Positions 57,747 to 64,000 of a stretch of 64,000 bases of DNA are shown piece after piece. Where the stretch lies: contig OZ243961.1 of assembly GCA_965214605.1 (NCBI GenBank), positions 2,144,001 to 2,208,000 on the forward strand, read 5' to 3'. Under the pieces are notes generated by a model. That model did no database searches and was not told where the DNA came from. It saw nothing but the letters and a program-made list of their open reading frames with translations. The translations under genes were made by a program, and so were the position numbers. This DNA comes from an uncultured Candidatus Binatia bacterium (GTDB taxonomy: Bacteria > Desulfobacterota > Binatia > Bin18). The stretch's first letter is position 1. Each line of letters opens with the position of its first letter.

Positions 57747-58970
57747 TTAGGCCCTGTTGCCGACCTGGGAAGAAAGGGGGGAGTTGAAACGCATGGCTAC
57801 GCAGGTGATATCGTCCGATTGCGGGGCGTCACCGGCAAATGTCTGCACGGCCCCAACGACCTCGGCTACAACTTCGTCGGTGTTCGCCTTCCCTAGGCTG
57901 GCGAGTTTCTGGTCGAGCCGCTCTTCTCCGAACTCCTCCTGGCTGGGGTTCTGGGCCTCGGTGACTCCGTCAGTGTACAGGAAGAGCGTGTCACCGGGCG
58001 TGAGCTGGATCTCAGCGTTGGTATAGTCGTGCCCGGCGGCTATCCCCAGAACGAGGTTGCCGGTGGGCGGCAGCTCTTCAACCTGGGAACCGTCTCGCAC
58101 CAGACGGGGCGGATTGTGGCCGCCGTTACAGTATTGCAGGCTGCCGCTGTGCAGGTCGAGCACCGCGTAAAACAGGGTGGTGAAAATGCACGCCTCGTTA
58201 TCCTCAGCCAGCAGATTGTTCACTCTGCTCAGGCACTCAGCAGGCGACAGAGAGCTTTTGGCCACGCTCTTAAGAAGGGTTCGTGTCACCATTGTGAACA
58301 GCGCCGCAGGAACTCCTTTGCCCGAAACATCGGCGATGACCACCCCGACCAGATTGCCATCAAGACTGAAAAAATCGTAGAAATCCCCGCCGATCTCACG
58401 GGCCGGGATCATCTGCGCCCGGATAGTGTGGGTCTCAAGGCTCGGCGGGGACTTGGGCAGGACAGACATCTGGACTTCCTTGGCCACTTCGAGTTCCCGC
58501 GTGATGGCAACCAGCCGGTCGCGCGAGCGCAGCGCGCTCTGTAGAGCTTGTATATGTTTAAGAGTCTTCTCAACAGTAATTTCGAGATCGTGAAAATCAA
58601 TTGGCTTGGTGACAAAATCAAAAGCTCCTCGATTCATGGCGGTGCGAATGTTTTTCATGTCCCCATAGGCGGAAATGATGATCGCCCGCACGTCAGGTTT
58701 GACGTCTTCGAGTTGACTCAGCAACGTGAGCCCGTCCATTACAGGCATATTGATATCTGAGAGCACAAGGTGGATGTCGGGATACTCGACGAGCTTTTCG
58801 AGCGCATCCTTGCCATTACGGGCGAAGACGAACTCGAGTTCGCCGCGGCGGATACGCCGGCGGAACTTCTGGCGGACGAGCAGTTCGAGGTCTTCTTCGT
58901 CGTCTACCATCAGAATCCGGATGGGTGCCGTTGGCACGACTGAGTCCCCCCTTTCGGAATGCGTGGTCAC
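57747..58970 (-). CDS. Receiver-PP2C phosphatase (RsbU/SpoIIE-like)
   Basis: VDDE, SDINMP.MDG, KP; IGGDFYD, DVSGKG, YTDGVTEA, SDDIT. Confidence 0.94.
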   Translation of the reverse strand: MTTHSERGDSVVPTAPIRILMVDDEEDLELLVRQKFRRRIRRGELEFVFARNGKDALEKLVEYPDIHLVLSDINMPVMDGLTLLSQLEDVKPDVRAIIISAYGDMKNIRTAMNRGAFDFVTKPIDFHDLEITVEKTLKHIQALQSALRSRDRLVAITRELEVAKEVQMSVLPKSPPSLETHTIRAQMIPAREIGGDFYDFFSLDGNLVGVVIADVSGKGVPAALFTMVTRTLLKSVAKSSLSPAECLSRVNNLLAEDNEACIFTTLFYAVLDLHSGSLQYCNGGHNPPRLVRDGSQVEELPPTGNLVLGIAAGHDYTNAEIQLTPGDTLFLYTDGVTEAQNPSQEEFGEERLDQKLASLGKANTDEVVAEVVGAVQTFAGDAPQSDDITCVAMRFNSPLSSQVGNRA

Positions 58971-59018
58971 AGGCTGCCCAAGGTGGAAAATCCTGACCGT
59001 TTCATCAAGACAAGAGCA

Positions 59019-59384
59019 TCACCCACCTTGCAAGGCATCGTCGCGGCTATCGTATACCGCTAGGATACTGCTGAAACCGCTGATTTCAAAGATATGCGCA
59101 ATAGACTCGGACAGCCCGCAGAAGCGGGTCGTGCCCCCTTCCGCCTGCAGGCGACGGGCCGTCACCAGGAGCACCCGCAGGCCAGCACTACTGACGTAGT
59201 TCAGGCCAGCAAGATCGAACACAAGGCTCTTTTCGCCCGCTTCTATTTGTTCCCGGACGGCGCATTCCAGGATTTCGACATTGCTCCCGTCGACCCGCCC
59301 TACGGGACAGACGATCACGGCCTCGTCATTGCGCTCGGTTTGCACCGACAGCGTATTCTCACTCCTCACTGCATTTTCCCCCAA
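59019..59384 (-). CDS. STAS anti-anti-sigma factor (RsbV/SpoIIAA-like)
   Basis: GRVD, DLAGLNYVSSAGLRVLL, FEISGF. Confidence 0.92.
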   Translation of the reverse strand: MGENAVRSENTLSVQTERNDEAVIVCPVGRVDGSNVEILECAVREQIEAGEKSLVFDLAGLNYVSSAGLRVLLVTARRLQAEGGTTRFCGLSESIAHIFEISGFSSILAVYDSRDDALQGG

Positions 59385-59838
59385 TCACGATCTGCAAGGT
59401 AATACGATTCCGGTTGTCGACACGCTCATAGGCGCTGCTGTCGGCGAGTTGCTTGACCAGAAAGACCCCTAGCCCCCCGGTCGGTCGCTCCTCCAGCTCC
59501 AGACTGGTGTCTGGCTCCGGGGCTTCCTCAAAAGGGTTGAAGGCAACGCCGTTGTCCTCAAGCTGGGCCACCACGACCCCCCGGTCAAGAACTATACGCA
59601 AACGGAGCTCGGGCTCGGTTATCTCCGACAGAGCATAGCTGACGCTGTTTGTTACGAGCTCGTCCAGAACCAAGTTTAAGCGATTCTGGAGGTCTGCGTT
59701 CAGGGCGTGCGCTGCCCCGAATTCCTGAACGACCTGAGCTAGCCTGACCAGAGCCGACAGGTCGGGGCTGAGGGAGATGGCGACAGTGTCGTCGCCCGGA
59801 GGACATTGGCACGGGTGCATCGGCTTCACCACGCTCAT
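59359..59838 (-). CDS. Anti-sigma factor Ser/Thr kinase (RsbW-like)
   Basis: LDELVTNSVSYA, EDNG.AFNP, GGLGVFLVK. Confidence 0.92.
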   Translation of the reverse strand: MSVVKPMHPCQCPPGDDTVAISLSPDLSALVRLAQVVQEFGAAHALNADLQNRLNLVLDELVTNSVSYALSEITEPELRLRIVLDRGVVVAQLEDNGVAFNPFEEAPEPDTSLELEERPTGGLGVFLVKQLADSSAYERVDNRNRITLQIVIGGKCSEE

Positions 59839-60806
59839 GAAACGGGTCTGGCTTCGGCCGGATAGGACACGTAGGTCCGTTCCAGGGCTTCATGAAACTG
59901 TCGGCACAGGACAATAAACTCGCTCAGTTCCTCTATGCCCCCTCCACCGTTGGCAGGGTCGGTCGTACAGCGCGATAGAGCGGCGTCTAGACGAGCAACG
60001 ATTTCGTGCGGCTCCGTGAGAGAGCGATCCGGGGCCGGCGGATCGATCACCTCCAGACTGCTGTGGATCCGGTTCACCGCAAAACGCAGCGAATAAGGCA
60101 GCTCGGGGTCGTCTACCAGAAAGCTCGCGACCTGTTCACCGCGAATCTGGGCACCATGCAAATGGCAGTAGGCTTCAAAGGCGTTGCAGCTACGCAGAAG
60201 CCCGGCCCAGTCACCTTCCTCCCCGCTCACGGCGCGATACGCGCTGAGCTGGGAGCCAACAAGCTGGGAGCGCTCAACGAACCGCCCCAAACGCATGAAG
60301 TGCCAGCCAGCATCGCGGCGCATCGAACTTGCGCATACCCCGTCAAAAAGCTGCACCGCCTCGACAATACCCCGGTACAGTCCGACGGGTTCCCCTGCCC
60401 AGACGTCGACGAGAGCCGTGGACCGGAGGCGGAGGTACTCGCGGTTGAGGCTGGACCAGATTGCGTTGCTGATGGAGTCGCGGACTTGGCGGGCGTTCTC
60501 CCGGGCCGCGGTTAAACAAAACATGATGGAGGCGGGATTATCGACCTCGAAGGTTAGATGGTCAGTCAAGGTGTAGCCGTCGGCAAAGAAGAAGTCGTCC
60601 TCGTCCTCTGCACCGCCATAGCTATCCGCGCCCGGTGGGCGGGTGTCGAGACTGCGGAAGAGCCGGTGCCAGCCTGCGGCAATTTCCTGGGCCGGGCTAG
60701 CGGGTAGGCGCTCCAACTGCAGGCCGAGGAGGCGAGCGGTGTGCTCGACCCGCTCCAGGTAACGGTTCATCCAGTAGAAAGAATCGGCAACACGGGCTAG
60801 TAGCAC
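59835..60806 (-). CDS. Alpha-E domain protein (DUF403)
   Basis: LARVADSFYWMNRYLERVEHTARLL, ARENARQVR, LGRFVERS, PYSL.F. Confidence 0.93.
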   Translation of the reverse strand: MLLARVADSFYWMNRYLERVEHTARLLGLQLERLPASPAQEIAAGWHRLFRSLDTRPPGADSYGGAEDEDDFFFADGYTLTDHLTFEVDNPASIMFCLTAARENARQVRDSISNAIWSSLNREYLRLRSTALVDVWAGEPVGLYRGIVEAVQLFDGVCASSMRRDAGWHFMRLGRFVERSQLVGSQLSAYRAVSGEEGDWAGLLRSCNAFEAYCHLHGAQIRGEQVASFLVDDPELPYSLRFAVNRIHSSLEVIDPPAPDRSLTEPHEIVARLDAALSRCTTDPANGGGGIEELSEFIVLCRQFHEALERTYVSYPAEARPVS

Positions 60807-62293
60807 TATGCATCCTGTTCGATAATCCAGGCATCTTTGGACCCACCGCCCTGGCTAGAGTTTACCACCAGGCTGCCTTTACGCAGGGCCACCCGGCACA
60901 GCCCACCCGGCACTAGCCTGGTGTCCGGTCCGTGGAGAACGAAGGGCCGCAAGTCGACGTGACGCGCTTCAAGCCGCCCGTCAATGAGACAGGGGGCCCG
61001 CGACAGGGCCAGGGTGGGCTGGGATATGTAGTTGTCGGGTCGGGCGCGGAGTCTTGCCGCAAACTCCTCACGCTCTGCCTGGCTGGCGTGCGGCCCGACC
61101 AGCATACCGTACCCGCCCGACTCGCCGACCTCTTTCACCACTAGTTGATCAAGGTGCTCCAGGGTATAAGCCAGCTCATCTGCTGTCCGGCACAGGTGGG
61201 TTTCTACATTGTCCAGAATCGGTTCCTGATCGAGGTAATAGCGGATCATGTGCGGCACATAAGCATACACCGCCTTGTCGTCCGCAACCCCGGTGCCGGG
61301 GGCGTTGGCCAGAGCGAGGTTACCGGCGCGATAGACCTCAAACAGCCCGGGAACACCTAGGCAGGAATCCGGGCGGAAGACCTGTGGATCAATGAAATCG
61401 TCGTCGAGCCGTCGGTACAGGACATCCACAGGCCGGAAACCGCCGATTGTGCGCATATACAGCCGCTTACCCTGTACCAGCAGGTCATCGCCCTTGACGA
61501 GTTCAATGCCCATTTCCCGAGCCAGAAACGCGTGTTCGTAGTAGGCTGAGTTATAGACTCCCGGGGTGAGCAGAGCGATGCTCGGCTCCTCGTCCTGTCG
61601 GGGGGCGAGGGAGCGCAGGACCTGCAAGAGTTCCCGGCCGTAGTGCTCAACCGAGCGGACTCGGTAGCGCCGGAAAAGACGCGGGAAGGCTCGCCGTAGC
61701 GCGTCTCGACAGGCCAACATGTACGACACCCCGGACGGGACCCGGAGGTTGTCTTCCAACACCCTGAAACCGTCCTTAGTCCGTACAATGTCGCTCCCGC
61801 ATACCGATACATAGGCCCCGAGCGGAACCTCTACTCCCTCCATTTCGGGCCGATAGTTGGGACAGTTGTGCACCAGTTCACGCGGCACGATGCCATCGGC
61901 AAGGATGTGGCCGGCGCCGTAGATATCGGCCAGAAAGAGGTTCAAGGTCTGTACGCGTTGGATGAGGCCGCGTTCAAGGTGCTCCCACTCCCGGGCAGGC
62001 AACAGGCGGGGAATGCAGTCAATGGGGAAGACCCGTTCGATGGATTCCTCGTCCCCGTACACGGTGAAGGTAATTCCCTCGTGCAGAAAGGAGCGGGCCA
62101 CGCGGTCCTGGAGCCGCTCCACCTCCTCCCGGGGCATCCGCTGTATTTCGTCAATCAGCATCCGGTAGTGGGAGCGCGGCTGTCCTTCGGACTCAAAAGT
62201 CTCATCAAAAAAATGGCTGTCGATCTCGTAGTGCCCAAAGAGCGGGCGCGTCGCATCAGCATGGCTCAATTCGGACAGATCGTCTGAGGTCAT
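60806..62293 (-). CDS. Circularly permuted type 2 ATP-grasp protein
   Basis: GITFTVYG, VLEDNLRVPSGVSY, TPGVYNSAYYEH, YRRLDD, GVADDK, VVNSSQGGGSKD. Confidence 0.95.
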   Translation of the reverse strand: MTSDDLSELSHADATRPLFGHYEIDSHFFDETFESEGQPRSHYRMLIDEIQRMPREEVERLQDRVARSFLHEGITFTVYGDEESIERVFPIDCIPRLLPAREWEHLERGLIQRVQTLNLFLADIYGAGHILADGIVPRELVHNCPNYRPEMEGVEVPLGAYVSVCGSDIVRTKDGFRVLEDNLRVPSGVSYMLACRDALRRAFPRLFRRYRVRSVEHYGRELLQVLRSLAPRQDEEPSIALLTPGVYNSAYYEHAFLAREMGIELVKGDDLLVQGKRLYMRTIGGFRPVDVLYRRLDDDFIDPQVFRPDSCLGVPGLFEVYRAGNLALANAPGTGVADDKAVYAYVPHMIRYYLDQEPILDNVETHLCRTADELAYTLEHLDQLVVKEVGESGGYGMLVGPHASQAEREEFAARLRARPDNYISQPTLALSRAPCLIDGRLEARHVDLRPFVLHGPDTRLVPGGLCRVALRKGSLVVNSSQGGGSKDAWIIEQDA

Positions 62294-62321
62294 GTGTTTG
62301 GTATCACCCTTTCTGTCTCCC

Positions 62322-62436
62322 GTGTCAATCCTTGAATATGAGGGGCTTGTGACTAGCCCGCGCAGCCATTTTTCCTGAGGCGGTCGGCCGACGACGATGT
62401 GTCAATCCTTAAATATGAGGGGCTTGTGACTTAGCC
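62322..62436. repeat. ~37-bp direct repeat pair separated by 40 bp (CRISPR-repeat-like)
   Basis: GTGTCAATCCTTRAATATGAGGGGCTTGTGACT(T)AGCC at 62322-62358 and 62399-62436. Confidence 0.85.
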
Positions 62437-62503
62437 GCCAGGTAGAGACACGGAGCCGGCCTCTGCGGGCCGGTGAGGCGCGTATCGCCTGCCTCGGACG
62501 ACC

Positions 62504-63535
62504 TCATTCCTCATCCGCAAAATCCCGCACCAGCCATGGCGTCATACGTGAACGTGAGCCTGGGGATACCGCCATTCTGGCCAGCCAAGTTGCACGAATG
62601 GCGAATTTCTTTTGCGAGACAATGCCCCTGTCCATGAGCAAGATCTTGAGTGCGGTCAGCCAGCACTCGTAATACGTCGGCCTCGTATCAGGAGCCTGTC
62701 GGTCGGCAGCCGCAATCTGAGTAATCAACTGCGCCTGGAAATCAGCCCAGACATAGTGTCTCTGCTCGCACAGGGCGATGGCCATGGCAAAGGCAATACC
62801 CTCCCACGGGTCTTGGAAGATCAACTCGCCGCTCTGCCGGGGGAGAGCAGCCTGCTCCGGCATATCGGCAATTCGACGGTCAGCACTGGTTTTCCCGGGT
62901 TTCGTATCAAGTCCGATCTCGGCTACGCCTATCATGGCATCCCGGGTGACCAGTCCTCTCAGTTCGTCTTCGCCCATATGTCCTGTGCCGGCTGGGCGTT
63001 GGGGGAGCACCATATACCGGGTCTGGGCACTACTATTCCAGACCAGAATTTCCCGCTCTGGGCCGATTTCCAGACCAAACTCGCTCAGCACTTCGCGCGG
63101 TCGACCGCCTATCCGCGCGCGGTAGGCTTGACTCTTGTACCAGAATGGCGGCAAACCTAGGAGCGGCCACGGATAACATGAGCACAAGGTACACACGACC
63201 ACGTTGTGAACCTTGGGTGTGTTTTCTACCACCATCAAATGCTCGCCCTGCAATCCGCCAAAACCCAGCTCGGCAGCCGCCTCGGTACCGTTTTGCAGCA
63301 GCCGTTTTTTATAGACCGGATCGACCCAGGCCCGGACAACCACTCCGGCCCCATTCAGGGGTCCAATGTCGTTTTCATATGCGTTCAGGACGGCGTCGAG
63401 ATCTTCGGACGTGAGAAGCCCATCCTCTTCCAGGATAGATTCAAGCGCTTTGGCCTCGACCTCACGAGCCTTGTTTTCCGCTCGACTGAGTTGCCTTTGA
63501 GTATAGGCCGGCGTGGGACCGTGGTGATCGCTCAT
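62504..63535 (-). CDS. Cobalt-type nitrile hydratase alpha subunit fused to a nitrile hydratase accessory (beta-N-terminal-like) domain
   Basis: [40 protein letters not shown], then in frame F..PWE..AFA.A.AL...W..F...L...YYE.WL.AL. Confidence 0.85.
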   Translation of the reverse strand: MSDHHGPTPAYTQRQLSRAENKAREVEAKALESILEEDGLLTSEDLDAVLNAYENDIGPLNGAGVVVRAWVDPVYKKRLLQNGTEAAAELGFGGLQGEHLMVVENTPKVHNVVVCTLCSCYPWPLLGLPPFWYKSQAYRARIGGRPREVLSEFGLEIGPEREILVWNSSAQTRYMVLPQRPAGTGHMGEDELRGLVTRDAMIGVAEIGLDTKPGKTSADRRIADMPEQAALPRQSGELIFQDPWEGIAFAMAIALCEQRHYVWADFQAQLITQIAAADRQAPDTRPTYYECWLTALKILLMDRGIVSQKKFAIRATWLARMAVSPGSRSRMTPWLVRDFADEE

Positions 63536-64000
63536 GGGCCGCACGCTACTGCCGGCCGGATGGTGAGTCAAGCGACTGGTCCTGCGCAAAGAGATCATGC
63601 CCGGCCTCGTGGAGCAGCATTGCGACGGGGCGTCCTTCTCCGGCATCCGGATGGTCGGGCGGGAGGCCGGATCAAAAAAGCCCTGGATTTGCTTCTTCCC
63701 CGCCTGCCTCTTGGACGTTCCCGCCCGGTGACGCTCCCGCACCTCACCGGGGGTATGGGTCTCCCCGGCGGCAGCCCCTAAGCTTTCAGGATTAAGCTCT
63801 GATCTTTTTGCTTTCAGCGGGTTGCGTCGTGCTGATGGCCGGAATGAGAATGACGCCTCTGCTTGTAAAGATTTCCGACCTTCTGGGGCGGCGTTACCCT
63901 CGGGCTCTCGTCTTCAAGGGCGGTTCGCCCGTCGCTGGGCCCATGACGATAAGCCCCCCGCGGCGGTCCAAACCGTGGGGAAGAACGTTGACCGCGAGTT

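Noticed and set aside
53075-62436. The two repeat pairs as terminal inverted repeats of a transposon carrying the operon
   Set aside because: Similarity is limited to about 8 nt, the TGTC ends face outward, and there is no transposase.

Overview
GC-rich bacterial chromosomal DNA with Gram-negative features (autotransporter, PagL-like barrel). The gene content (many alpha/beta hydrolases, a luciferase-like monooxygenase, thiolase/DUF35, an F420-type PPOX protein, split methylmalonyl-CoA mutase) suggests a deltaproteobacterial/Binatia-like, possibly host-associated organism; this is inference only. No rRNA, tRNA, transposase or cas gene was seen. Ordinary content: catabolic enzymes, a MoxR/DUF58/Bat(VWA) operon, and several pseudogenes (Uma2, DegP/HtrA). 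Unusual content: (1) a ~2 kb multi-TM membrane-protein gene in three near-identical but patchwise-diverged copies (18.9-25.8 kb), one flanked by a ~260 bp duplication of host genes and joined in frame to them at both ends; (2) a circularly permuted ATP-grasp + alpha-E pair running directly into RsbW/STAS/RsbU, a solute-binding protein and a histidine kinase, with a 37-40-37 bp repeat-spacer-repeat on each side; (3) a four-copy hairpin element just upstream of start codons in a fixed orientation; (4) luxE-luxC-class III aminotransferase; (5) a redoxin-cold-shock-domain fusion and a nitrile hydratase alpha-accessory fusion.
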